A stretch of DNA of 63,998 nucleotides, counting the filler, from Theionarchaea archaeon (GTDB lineage Archaea; Methanobacteriota_B; Thermococci; Methanofastidiosales; SZ-28-30): NCBI GenBank assembly GCA_018992565.1. It is 7 parts of 7 records of this genome, joined end to end, with 100 filler letters (N's around TTAATTAATTAA, not from the genome) between each part and the next. Parts side by side here need not be neighbours in the genome. Positions count along the whole stretch, not along the records: positions 1 to 9,959 come from JACVGW010000090.1; positions 10,060 to 19,996 come from JACVGW010000091.1; positions 20,097 to 29,921 come from JACVGW010000092.1; 4 more parts are not named here. One strand, 5' to 3'. The position numbers and the translations under genes are program-made. The notes below the pieces were generated by a model that saw only the letters and a list, made by a program, of their open reading frames with translations, made no database searches and was not told the DNA's origin. Position 1 is the stretch's first letter. Each line of letters starts with the position of its first letter. Positions 9,886 to 20,136 of the stretch are shown one piece after another.

Positions 9886-9959
9886 CCCGGCGTAGTTCAA
9901 TCTGGCAGAACGGCGGACTGTAGATCCGCATGTTGGTGGTTCAAATCCGCCCGCCGGGA
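9886..9959 (+). tRNA. tRNA-Tyr (GTA), intronless
   Basis: Acceptor CCCGGCG/CGCCGGG, anticodon arm GCGGA-CTGTAGA-TCCGC, GGTTCAAATCC, C1:G72 plus discriminator A; TTTATATA upstream. Confidence 0.96.
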
Positions 9960-10059
9960 NNNNNNNNNNNNNNNNNNNNNNNNNNNNNNNNNNNNNNNNN
10001 NNNTTAATTAATTAANNNNNNNNNNNNNNNNNNNNNNNNNNNNNNNNNNNNNNNNNNNN
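9960..10059. other. Artificial contig linker (also 19997-20096, 29922-30021, 39508-39607, 48697-48796, 57853-57952)
   Basis: 100-nt N block containing TTAATTAATTAA (stops in all six frames). Gaps 33368-33467 and 62541-62640 are plain 100-N scaffold gaps. Confidence 0.97.
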
Positions 10060-11213
10060 TTATTCATGACCCGGGCAAGGCTGAGTATTCTGTTAATGTC
10101 ACCTTCAGATACTCCTGTTCTGGCAGCAATGGACTTGAGCAGGCGATGTATCTGCAGAATACCCACTCTGCAGGGAACACAGAGTCCACAGGATTCGCGC
10201 ATAAAGAACTCCATAATACCAACCAGGACGTCCAGGATATTGGTATCGCAATCCAGAACTACCACAACGCCTGAACCGAGCTGGGCATTCACCTGGTTCA
10301 GATGTTCAAAACTCAGAGGAACACTGAGGTTCTCTTTTCCCAAGAATGTCCCTGCAGCAGCTCCTCCCACCAGGACTGCCTTCAGCGTTTTCCCTTTTTT
10401 TATTCCGCCTGCATGGGTTAGAATGAGGGTTTCCAGAGAAGTCCCCATGGGCAGTTCATAACATCCAGGTCTTCTAACTGCACCTGAAACGGGAAAGAGC
10501 TTGGTGCCAGTAGACTGCGGCGTTCCTACTGAAGAGAACCACTTGCTGCCACCTGCAATGATCGCCGGTATGGTGGCCAGTGTTTCTACATTATTGACCA
10601 CAGTGGGCTTACCGAATAATCCCCTGGACGTGGGATAGGGGGGTCTGATACGGGGATTCCCTCTTTTCCCTTCCAGAGAGGATATCAGGGCTGTTTCCTC
10701 TCCACACACATAGGAGCCAGCTCCCGCTCTCACTTTAATGTCAAAGCAGAAGTCAGAGCCAGCTATCTTGTTCCCCAGGAAGTGATGCTTCCGTGCGTCA
10801 GCACAGGCCTCGTCAAGCAGGTTCAGGCAGTGTGAATACTCTCCCCGCACGTATATGAACCCGTGAGAAGCACCCACTGCATACCCTGCAATGGCAATTC
10901 CTTCAATCAGTTTGTGAGGGTCTCCTTCCATGATGAGGCGGTCTTTGAATGCCCCCGGTTCACCCTCATCTGCATTGGCTACAACATAGGCGGTGTCCTT
11001 CCGAGAGGCTGCATATCGCCATTTTGTCCCTGTGGGAAACCCTGCTCCCCCTCTTCCGCGGAGTTTGGAATCTTCCACTTCTCTTATCACAGATTCAGGA
11101 TCTCTGGTCAGGCATTCCTTCAGAGCCTCATACCCTCCTTTCCCTGTGTATTCTCTTACAGACGCAGGGGTTTCATAACTGCCCACATTGTTGAGAACGA
11201 TCTGTTCATTCAT
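10060..11213 (-). CDS. NuoF/HydB-like NADH-binding flavoprotein (3' truncated by contig end)
   Basis: LRGRGGAGFPTG, NADEGEPGAFKDR, GAGSYVCGEETAL, ESCGLCVPCRVG. Confidence 0.93.
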
Positions 11214-11688
11214 GAGAAATCCTCTCCAGTATCTCCCTGATCTTCTCACGAGTCAGATCACCATAGACCTCACCATCAACCATCATGGCTGGTGCTCTCT
11301 CACACACTCCAAGGCAGGATGAAGGTTCCAGCGTGACAAGATTGTCGCTGGTGGTCTCACCCGGAGATATCCCAAGCAGGTCTTCCAGCATGGTTATGAT
11401 ACTGTAGTGGATACTGCAGCTGGGAGAGGTGCACACCCTGATAACATACTTTCCTCTGGGCTCGAGAGAAAACATGGAATAGAAAGAGGCAACACCATAT
11501 ACTTCCGCGCAGGATATCCTGAGGTATGCTGCAGTTTCTCTCAGAGCATCCTCAGAAATGTAATGGGCTGGAGTGCTCCCCTGAAGGCGATGCAGAATGG
11601 GGAGAAGGTTTTCCCTTCTGGGTTCATATTCCTTCAGGATGGCACTAATAGAGCCTGAGGGTTTTTGTGGAAGATGGTCACCTTTCAT
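11206..11688 (-). CDS. NuoE/HydC-like 2Fe-2S subunit
   Basis: EVYGVASFYSMF, CTSPSC, CLGVCERAP. Confidence 0.92.
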   Translation of the reverse strand: MKGDHLPQKPSGSISAILKEYEPRRENLLPILHRLQGSTPAHYISEDALRETAAYLRISCAEVYGVASFYSMFSLEPRGKYVIRVCTSPSCSIHYSIITMLEDLLGISPGETTSDNLVTLEPSSCLGVCERAPAMMVDGEVYGDLTREKIREILERISHE

Positions 11689-12640
11689 GCTTTTCCACCT
11701 GGGTCAAATGGGTTACTGCGGGCTGGTGTCTCAGTCTGAGCATTTTTCAAGCCAGGGTAGCTATCTCAGGGTAGAAAGGTTCCATATATAAACTTTTACC
11801 TATGTCAACAATTAAGAAAAAAGACAAAATTGAAATCTTCTGCCCTTTCTGTCACGTAAAGGCAGTTGCTACAGTTGAGTTTCTGCACTGTACAGGCTAC
11901 CTAGTTCTCATCCCTAAATGGTAGTTACTGGATTCTGCGGGTAGGCAACCCCCAGAACTTCGTCAAACGTGCCTGAGCTAGATATGGCTATCGAATAGCA
12001 TCATGGTGGGAATTCTGAAGACATCCTTGTATATGAGATAAATTACTTACCTGCCATCCTATCTTTCATAAAGAAGAACTGACCCTGCTTCTTCGTGAAA
12101 TCATATTGAATCTTGTAGGAAAGAAGATGGTCATGGAATACAAAATCCGTGTACGCTTTCGAAACCCCTGCGTTGACTGGAATTGTCCAATGATTCTCTT
12201 CAGCACTTGAAGGTGACTTATCAAGTATGGGGGGAGACTGGTTCCCAGACTCCAGTAATTTTCTTCTGGACAACCATAACAAGATTGAATACAGTAGCAA
12301 GACACAGTGTCGTCTTAGCCGCAGCGGCCAGACTCACGTGATGCTCCTACCCATTGTTTAGAATCTCAAGACATTCGCAAAAGTTGCTGAATTGCTGAGA
12401 GAAAAGACAATTTATTGGACAACTCCGTGTTGGTGTTGAGCATAACATTTATAAGATGAAATCCTTTGCTTTTGAACATGGATAAAGCACTTCCGATGGT
12501 GGCAGGTGAACAGTCTGGACTTTCTTGTAGTGTACTTCTTGGCATTCATCAGATCCTGTCGAAAGGAAGTGAGCGGAGGGTTTTTGTCCTCTTGAAGGAT
12601 TCATGTCATCTTTTCAATTGAAGAGGAGGTAGAGTTCACC

Positions 12641-13123
12641 ATGAAAGATACAACTGCGGTTGTAAAGTCTGTGTTGGATAGATGGAATAATGATAGCGCA
12701 TGCTTGATCTCCATTTTGCTGGATATTCAGGAAGAGCTGAATTATCTGCCCCATGAGACAATCACTGCCATTGCTGATAGTCTGGGTATTCCCCTCATCG
12801 ATGTATATTCTGCTGCAACTTTCTACACAGTTTTTAGCCTAGAACCCAGAGGCAAACACATCGTCAATGTTTGTGTTGGAACAGCATGTCACGTTCGGGG
12901 GGGAAAGCGAATCCTGGACAGAATTCAGAGAGATTTGAAGCTTAACCCCGGAGAGACAACAGAGGATGGTCTTTTCACCCTAGAAACAGTCAGGTGCCTC
13001 GGGTGCTGTGCGTTGGGCCCTGTGATGGTTGTGGACGAAACCTACTATCCACACATGACCACAAAAAAGGCAGACACGATTCTCAGCAAGTACAGAAAAG
13101 ACTCAGAAGGAGTGGTTGCATGA
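12641..13123 (+). CDS. NuoE/HydC-like 2Fe-2S subunit
   Basis: ATFYTVF, CVGTACHVRG, CLGCCALGP. Confidence 0.95.
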   Translation: MKDTTAVVKSVLDRWNNDSACLISILLDIQEELNYLPHETITAIADSLGIPLIDVYSAATFYTVFSLEPRGKHIVNVCVGTACHVRGGKRILDRIQRDLKLNPGETTEDGLFTLETVRCLGCCALGPVMVVDETYYPHMTTKKADTILSKYRKDSEGVVA

Positions 13124-16100
13124 CTAGCATAGAGGAATTTCAACTACAGTGTACTGAAATTCGGAGGAAAAGATCAGAGACTGCAGACAGCCCGACAATA
13201 GTCATATCATCTGGGACATGCGGTCGGGCTAGAGGATCTGCTGAGGTTGCCATAGCATTGGAGGAAGCCATTAGAGCCCATAACCTAGAAAACAAAGTGA
13301 GCCTGAGGATAACAGGATGCCAGGGATTTTGTCAGGTGGCACCCATCGTTGTCATTCAACCTGAAAACATTTTCTACCAGGGTGTAACTCCAGAAGACGC
13401 AGAAGAGATCGTCACGGAAACAGTCATGAACAAGAAGGTCGTAAACAGACTACTCTATCCCGACCCACAGATTGGTGAGGGAATTCTGTCCAAAGAAGAC
13501 ATTCCTTTTTTCACCAAACAAAGAAAAATCCTCCTGGAAAACAATAGCCTGGTAGATCCAACGAATATTGATGATTATATCGGAATTGGCGGCTATTCTG
13601 CACTGTGTAGAGCTTTAAGAGATACCAATCCTGAAGAAATAATAGAGACAATAAAATCATCTGGCCTCAGAGGGAGAGGTGGTGCGGGATTTCCTACTGG
13701 CCTGAAATGGCAGTTCTGCAGGAATTCAAAGGGTGATCGCAAGTATATCGTGTGCAATGCTGATGAAGGTGATCCCGGAGCCTATATGAATAGGAGCCTT
13801 TTAGAAGGGAATCCTCATTCAGTGCTTGAAGGCATGCTAATTGGCGCATATGCAATAGGAGCACAACAGGGATATATCTACATCCGACACGAATACCCTC
13901 TTGCAGTCAAGCATGTCTTGATCGCTGTTGAACAAATGAGGGAAAAGGGCCTTTTGGGCAAGGATATTTTGGGTACGGGTTTCGAATTTGACATCAAGGT
14001 GGTAAAGGGTGCTGGGGCCTTTGTTTGTGGCGAGGAGACTGCACTCATCGCATCTGTTGAAGGGAGGAAGGGTGAACCCAGACAGAGACCACCCTTTCCT
14101 GCACAGAAAGGTATATGGGGAAAACCAACAAACATAAATAACGTAGAGACCTGGGCCAATGTTCCACATATAATAAACAATGGGGCAGAATGGTACTCAC
14201 AAATCGGCACAGAAAGGAGCAAGGGCACAAAGATATTCTCTCTCGTAGGGAAGATAAACAATACAGGACTTGTTGAAGTACCAATGGGAATAACGTTGAA
14301 AGAAATGGTATATGATATCGGTGGTGGAATACCAAAGGGCAGAAAATTCAAGGCCGTACAAACAGGTGGTCCATCTGGAGGATGCATCCCAGCAGACTTG
14401 TTGGGGCTCAAGGTTGACTATGAGCAGTTGAAGGAAGTTGGCTCTATCATGGGCTCTGGCGGTATGGTCATCATGGACGAGGATACTTGTATGGTAGATA
14501 CTGCCAAGTACTTCCTGGAGTTCCTGCAAGAAGAATCCTGCGGGAAATGTACAACGTGTAGAGAAGGTATCGAGCGGCTTATTGAGATTCTCACAGACAT
14601 TACTGAAGGAAGAGGAAGCCTCGAAGACCTAGAAACCCTACGAGATTTGGGTGAACTGGTCAGAGATGCGTCCATGTGCGGACTTGGACAGACTGCTCCC
14701 AACCCCCTTCTATCCACTCTCAACTACTTCTATGACGAATATCTACAGCATATCAAGTACAAGAGGTGCCCTGCAGCTGTCTGTAAGGAAATTACCTCAG
14801 CTCCATGCCAGCATACCTGTCCCATTGGCACAGAGGCTGTGGTCTATATCTCCCTGATAGCTCAGGGCAGGTATGATGAAGCTTTTACTATCATCAGGAA
14901 AGACAATCCCCTTCCGTCTGTATGTGCCCGAGTATGCAGCCACCCCTGTGAATCCAAGTGCCAGGCAGGCAAGTTCGGAGATCCCATTGCTATCAGAGCA
15001 CTGAAACGGTTTGCCACAGACTATGCAATGAAGAACAATGTGACCTACCCCATCGAGAAGGAGAGCAAGAGAAAGGAGAAAGTGGCTATTATTGGATCTG
15101 GACCTGGAGGTCTGACTGCGGGATACTACCTGGCTGCTAAGGGATACAATGTCACTATCTTTGAGTCACTTCCCGTCCTGGGAGGAGCTCTGGCAATCTA
15201 CATCCCGGAGCATCGTCTTCCCAGAGACATACTCAACCATGATATTGAGAACATCAAAAGGGCAGGAGTTGAATTCAGGACCAATACTACAGTGGGAAAA
15301 GACATCCCTTTTAAGAAGCTCAAAGACACCTATGATGCTATTTTCATAGCGACTGGTGCCCACAAATCCATGGAACTGGGAATTCTTGGTGAAGAAGCTG
15401 AAGGGGTCATCCACGCTCTTGACTTCTTGAAGGATGTGAGCCTGGAAAAAGACGTCACACTTGGACAGAGAGTGGGGATAATTGGAGGGGGAAATGCTGC
15501 CGTGGATGCTGCTCGTGTGGCTGCGCGCCTTAAAGACTGTGACACGGTGACGATTCTCTACAGAAGAACCCAGAAGGAAATGCCTGCCTTTGAGGAAGAG
15601 ATTGTGGCTTGTCTTGAAGAACAAGTCGATATACAATTCTTGACTGCTCCCAAGAGAATCCTTACCCAAAACGGCAAGGTGACCGGGGTGGAATGTGTGA
15701 GGATGCAGCTGGGAGACGTGGATGAAAGCGGTAGACGGAGGCCCATTCCCATTGAGGGCTCAGAATTCGTGGTAGAACTCGATACCCTGGTTGTAGCTAT
15801 CAGTGAGCGTCCCGATGTCTCATTCCTGAAGGATCAGGAAGGGATGGAATTCACCACAGGGGGAGCTCTTGTGGTAGACCCTGAGACCTATGCTACTGGC
15901 GTAGACGGTGTCTTTGCTGGCGGAGACGTGGTTACTGGTCCCAATGTGGCTATTTATGCCATGGGAGCAGGAAAGGTTGTGGCCGAGATGATTCACCAGT
16001 ATCTCCAGGGAAAGACACTGCAGCCAGAATACAAGGTGACCAGACCATCAATGTACCTTGATCCAGTAGAGCTGTCCGAGGAAGAAGTGGCTGAGGCAGA

Positions 16101-16266
16101 ACGTCCTGCAATGCGGTGCATATCTACCGAAGAACGAACATGTTCCTTCAAAGAAGTGGACATCGGACTCTCTGAAGAACAGGCAGTGAAAGAAGCCCGG
16201 CGCTGCCTGCGGTGTGATCTGGAAACAAAAGAAGGAAGAAGCAAAATTGAAGAGGTGACGGCATGA
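13120..16266 (+). CDS. NuoF/HydB-like domain fused to a GltD/NfnB-like FAD-NADPH oxidoreductase domain
   Basis: GCQGFC, RGRGGAGFPTGLKW, CGEETAL, CGKCTTCREG; then PCQHTCP, CARVCSHPCE, GSGPGG, GGGNAAVD, YRR, AGGD. ATG overlaps the upstream TGA. Confidence 0.93.
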   Translation: MTSIEEFQLQCTEIRRKRSETADSPTIVISSGTCGRARGSAEVAIALEEAIRAHNLENKVSLRITGCQGFCQVAPIVVIQPENIFYQGVTPEDAEEIVTETVMNKKVVNRLLYPDPQIGEGILSKEDIPFFTKQRKILLENNSLVDPTNIDDYIGIGGYSALCRALRDTNPEEIIETIKSSGLRGRGGAGFPTGLKWQFCRNSKGDRKYIVCNADEGDPGAYMNRSLLEGNPHSVLEGMLIGAYAIGAQQGYIYIRHEYPLAVKHVLIAVEQMREKGLLGKDILGTGFEFDIKVVKGAGAFVCGEETALIASVEGRKGEPRQRPPFPAQKGIWGKPTNINNVETWANVPHIINNGAEWYSQIGTERSKGTKIFSLVGKINNTGLVEVPMGITLKEMVYDIGGGIPKGRKFKAVQTGGPSGGCIPADLLGLKVDYEQLKEVGSIMGSGGMVIMDEDTCMVDTAKYFLEFLQEESCGKCTTCREGIERLIEILTDITEGRGSLEDLETLRDLGELVRDASMCGLGQTAPNPLLSTLNYFYDEYLQHIKYKRCPAAVCKEITSAPCQHTCPIGTEAVVYISLIAQGRYDEAFTIIRKDNPLPSVCARVCSHPCESKCQAGKFGDPIAIRALKRFATDYAMKNNVTYPIEKESKRKEKVAIIGSGPGGLTAGYYLAAKGYNVTIFESLPVLGGALAIYIPEHRLPRDILNHDIENIKRAGVEFRTNTTVGKDIPFKKLKDTYDAIFIATGAHKSMELGILGEEAEGVIHALDFLKDVSLEKDVTLGQRVGIIGGGNAAVDAARVAARLKDCDTVTILYRRTQKEMPAFEEEIVACLEEQVDIQFLTAPKRILTQNGKVTGVECVRMQLGDVDESGRRRPIPIEGSEFVVELDTLVVAISERPDVSFLKDQEGMEFTTGGALVVDPETYATGVDGVFAGGDVVTGPNVAIYAMGAGKVVAEMIHQYLQGKTLQPEYKVTRPSMYLDPVELSEEEVAEAERPAMRCISTEERTCSFKEVDIGLSEEQAVKEARRCLRCDLETKEGRSKIEEVTA

Positions 16267-16973
16267 TAACAGTGAATATCAACGGCCTGGATCTGCAGGC
16301 TGAAGAAGGATGGAGTATCCTGGAAACCTGTGCATTCTATGGCATAGAAATACCCACGTTATGCTACAACGAAGGTCTCTCACCGTACGGGGCCTGCAGG
16401 CTCTGCATTGTGGAGATTGGAGAAGGGGACAGAGCAAAAGTAGTGACTTCCTGTACCTATCCTGCTGAGGAAGGGTTGAAGGTGAGAACTCATTCTGAGA
16501 AAATCCACAAGTACAGAAAACTGATCATAGAACTGCTGCTTGCAAGGTGTCCCACTTCAAAGACCATACAGGACCTAGCGTCAAAACTTGGAGTCACCAG
16601 GGTACGCTTTTCTGTCAAGAACGATGACTGCATGCTCTGTGGCTTATGTGTTCGCATGTGTGAAGAGCAGATGGATGCCAGGGCCATTGGGTTCGTGAAC
16701 AGAGGGAAGGACAGAAAGATAACCACCCCGTTTGACGTTAAGTCCGATGTATGTCGGACCTGCGGCGCCTGCATGTATATATGTCCAGCATGTCAGCTGA
16801 GATGCCATGGGCCTGAACCTCCGGGTGCTGTGTGCGGAGGCTGTCTCAACATTGAATATCCCTGCCTGGACGTGTATGAGGATGTTCACTGCTACCTGGA
16901 CCCCTGCGCTGCATGTCTCTTATCAGAAGCTGAAAAGAAGAAGGAGGAAGAAAGAAAGGAGGTTAAAGCATGA
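16263..16973 (+). CDS. NuoG/HydA N-terminal-like FeS subunit with Cys-rich tail
   Basis: IPTLC, GACRLCIVE, CMLCGLCVRMC, CRTCGACMYICP. Confidence 0.9.
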   Translation: MITVNINGLDLQAEEGWSILETCAFYGIEIPTLCYNEGLSPYGACRLCIVEIGEGDRAKVVTSCTYPAEEGLKVRTHSEKIHKYRKLIIELLLARCPTSKTIQDLASKLGVTRVRFSVKNDDCMLCGLCVRMCEEQMDARAIGFVNRGKDRKITTPFDVKSDVCRTCGACMYICPACQLRCHGPEPPGAVCGGCLNIEYPCLDVYEDVHCYLDPCAACLLSEAEKKKEEERKEVKA

Positions 16974-17013
16974 CTATCAAGATTAAGAATGAATGTGTAG
17001 AGGAGGTAAAACC

Positions 17014-18594
17014 ATGTCTCTAACTAAGGTTAATGCCACAGCAGCGACCCTGACCAAAAACAGGACAGAAGGGTCGATTAATCAGCTCAGCGGAATGTGC
17101 GTTACCTGTGTCGATGGATGCGTGGGAATGTGCGAAATCGGAAAATCAGCCTATCGTGGACACGAGATAATTTATCCACAGCCTTTCGGTATTATCACAT
17201 CCGGAGCCGAGAAGCTCTATCCAGTTGACCTGTCCCACTTCACCATCCTCGGTGGCGTGGTGGGTGCATGGGGAATCGAGACTGACAGTGACAAGGCGTT
17301 GTTCTCCAATGTGAAATTGGAAACCAAGATCGGAAAAGAGAAGGACATCAAGCTGAAAATGCCGGCCGTCATCCCCGGACTTGGCTCCACTGCTATTGCC
17401 AAGAACAACTGGGAAGGACTGGCTGTTGGTGCTGCGCTCACTGGAATCCCTCTCACTATTGGAGAAAACGTGTGTGGGATGGATTCTGGGTCAGAAATTA
17501 TTAATGGAAAGGTCAAGCACTCCCCAGATATGGAATGGAGAGTCAAATTGTACAAGAAATGGCAGCAAAAAGGGTATGGTGCCATTGTGGTACAGGCAAA
17601 TGTGGAGGACTCCAACCTGGGTGTCCATGAGTACGCTATATCAGAACTGGATGCAGACGCTGTAGAGCTCAAATGGGGCCAGGGTGCCAAGAACATTGGC
17701 GGTGAGGTCAAGCTCAAGACCCTTGAGAGAGCACAACTTCTCAAGTCCAGAGGATATGTAGTACTTCCTGATCCTGACAACCCTGCGGTGATTGAGGCTT
17801 TCAAGAGGGGAAGCTTCAAAGAGTTTGAACGGCACTCCCGAGTGGGTATGGTTTCGGAAGCCGCTTTCATGAAGAGGATAAGAGAATTGCGTGACTATGG
17901 TGCGAAGCATGTCTTCCTGAAGACTGGAGCCTATAGGCCGGTGGATCTGGCCCGTGCTTTAAAGTTTGCTTCAAAGGCAGAACTGGACCTTTTAACAGTT
18001 GATGCTGCAGGAGGAGGAACCGGCATGTCGCCCTGGAGAATGATGAACGAGTGGGGAGTTCCTGAGGTGGAACTGCACTCGCTGTTATACCAGTACGCGG
18101 ACAAGCTTGCCAAGAAAGGTGAGTACGTCCCCGACATTGCCATTGCCGGTGGGTTTGCCTTTGAGGACCAGATGTTCAAGGGTCTGGCTCTGGGTGCACC
18201 CTATTTCAAGTTGATTGGCATGGCCAGAGCACCACTCGCTGCTGCCATGGTGGGGAAGACTATTGGAAAGAAGATCAATGAAGGAATGGTTCCTGTTTAC
18301 ATTGAGCGGTTTGGAACTACCAAAGAAGAAATCTTTGTGACTGCACCTGATTTGAAGAGAAATCTGGGCAGCAACTTTGATGAGGTTCCCACAGGTGCCA
18401 TGGGGCTGTACACGTACATGGAGCGACTGCACCAGGGGTTGAGGCAGATTATGGCAGGGTCACGCAAGTTCGCATTGGAGTACATCAGCAGGGACGATAT
18501 TGCAGCCTTGACTCATGAGGCAGCTGATATCAGCGGTATTTCATATATTATGGACACAGACAAAGAAGAAGCCGAGAAGATACTTAATTCCTAA
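17014..18594 (+). CDS. FMN-binding glutamate synthase family protein (stand-alone)
   Basis: ELKWGQGAK, LTVDAAGGGTG, IAIAGG, N-terminal CVTCVDGCVGMC; GGAGGT RBS. Confidence 0.88.
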   Translation: MSLTKVNATAATLTKNRTEGSINQLSGMCVTCVDGCVGMCEIGKSAYRGHEIIYPQPFGIITSGAEKLYPVDLSHFTILGGVVGAWGIETDSDKALFSNVKLETKIGKEKDIKLKMPAVIPGLGSTAIAKNNWEGLAVGAALTGIPLTIGENVCGMDSGSEIINGKVKHSPDMEWRVKLYKKWQQKGYGAIVVQANVEDSNLGVHEYAISELDADAVELKWGQGAKNIGGEVKLKTLERAQLLKSRGYVVLPDPDNPAVIEAFKRGSFKEFERHSRVGMVSEAAFMKRIRELRDYGAKHVFLKTGAYRPVDLARALKFASKAELDLLTVDAAGGGTGMSPWRMMNEWGVPEVELHSLLYQYADKLAKKGEYVPDIAIAGGFAFEDQMFKGLALGAPYFKLIGMARAPLAAAMVGKTIGKKINEGMVPVYIERFGTTKEEIFVTAPDLKRNLGSNFDEVPTGAMGLYTYMERLHQGLRQIMAGSRKFALEYISRDDIAALTHEAADISGISYIMDTDKEEAEKILNS

Positions 18595-18600
18595 GTAACT

Positions 18601-18640
18601 TTTTACTTTCCCTCCTTTTTTTTGAGATTTTTCTCTTTTT
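18601..18640 (+). terminator. Poly-T terminator region
   Basis: Several T runs directly after the stop codon. Confidence 0.6.
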
Positions 18641-18792
18641 GCTTCCAGTCACAATTCCCGGTCTCAGTTGTACTCTCATGCAGTGTATGCAGTTCATACA
18701 TTCTTTGCATGGCAAACAAGTGCTGATTGACATCACAACCTATTTAAGACTGCAAGAAAAAGTCCATATAAAAAGAATCTGAGGTATGACAT

Positions 18793-19996
18793 ATGGAATT
18801 CTCGCTAACTCGAATGGTTCAGCAACAAGTGGATAAGGCATTTGGGTGTGCAAATATCCCCGAATATGTTCAGAAGATTCTGAAATGCCCCAAGTTGGTA
18901 CTGGAAGTGAATTTTCCGGTCAAAATGGATGATGGTAGCTACAGGTGTTTCAAAGGGTTCCGCTGCCAGTATGATAACGCACTGGGCCCCACCAAAGGAG
19001 GCGTGAGATACCATCCTGGAGTCACCAGAGAAGAAGTAGAAGCACTGGCTGCCTGGATGACGTGGAAATGTGCACTGGCTGATCTACCCTATGGGGGAGC
19101 AAAAGGAGGGGTAATCTGCGATCCATTGGAGCTGTCAGAATCTGAACTAGAGCGATTAACTAGACGATTCACCACTGAAATTATGCCCATCTTGAGCCCC
19201 CACTCTGATATTCCTGCCCCTGATGTATTCACAACCTCAAAGACCATGGCCTGGATGATGGATACTTTCAGCATGTTCAAAGGTTATACTGAGCCTGCTA
19301 TTGTCACAGGCAAGCCTGAAGTACTTGGAGGGTCCCTTGGGCGGAAAGAGGCTACTGGTCACGGGGTGGCAATTGCCACACGGGAGCTCTACAAGAAATT
19401 GGGAAAGTCATTGAAAGGTGCGACTGTATCAGTCCAGGGATTCGGCAACGTTGGGAGTTACGCTGCTCTCTTTCTGGAGGAGATGGGTGCTAGGATTGTG
19501 GCAGTGTCAGATTATTCTGCAGGTCTCATTGACAAAGATGGGCTCGACTTGAAGGAACTTCTGGATTGCAGGGAAAAGCATAAGTGCCTGGCCAAGTATG
19601 AGAAGTCAGAAATTAGCCCTCGAGATGAGGTTTTATACCAGGACGTGGATATTCTCATTCCTGCTGCTCTGGAGAATCAGATCCGGAAGGACAATGTGGA
19701 GAACGTGAAGGCGGGAGCGATATCAGAAGGTGCGAATGGACCCACAACTCCTGAGGCAGATGCAGTACTGGAGAAAAAAGGAATCCATGTCGCCCCAGAC
19801 ATTCTGGCCAATGCAGGAGGCGTCATTGTCAGCCATCTGGAGTGGGTTCAGGCACTCAGTGGACTCCAATGGGAAGAGAAAGAAATCAATGACAGATTGG
19901 AAAAACGGCTTGTAGCAATGTTTGACAAAGTGTGGATGAAAGCACAGGAGAAGAAAATATCTCTGAGGACTGCTGCTTATGTTGTTGCCATTGAAA
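18793..19996 (+). CDS. gdhA: Glutamate dehydrogenase (3' truncated)
   Basis: GPTKGGVRY, LPYGGAKGG, DIPAPD, QGFGNVG, EGANGPT, PDILANAGGV. Confidence 0.93.
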
Positions 19997-20136
19997 NNNN
20001 NNNNNNNNNNNNNNNNNNNNNNNNNNNNNNNNNNNNNNNNTTAATTAATTAANNNNNNNNNNNNNNNNNNNNNNNNNNNNNNNNNNNNNNNNNNNNGAAA
20101 CAAAGAACCTCCCACCAAAAAGTTAAAATCCACACT

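Noticed and set aside
11820..12400. Short ORFs and small hairpins between the divergent nuoE genes
   Set aside because: No RBS, motif or coherent structure that I can support.
12994..13119. N-terminal extension of the 1090-aa ORF
   Set aside because: It overlaps nuoE; the ATGA coupling at 13120 gives the better start.
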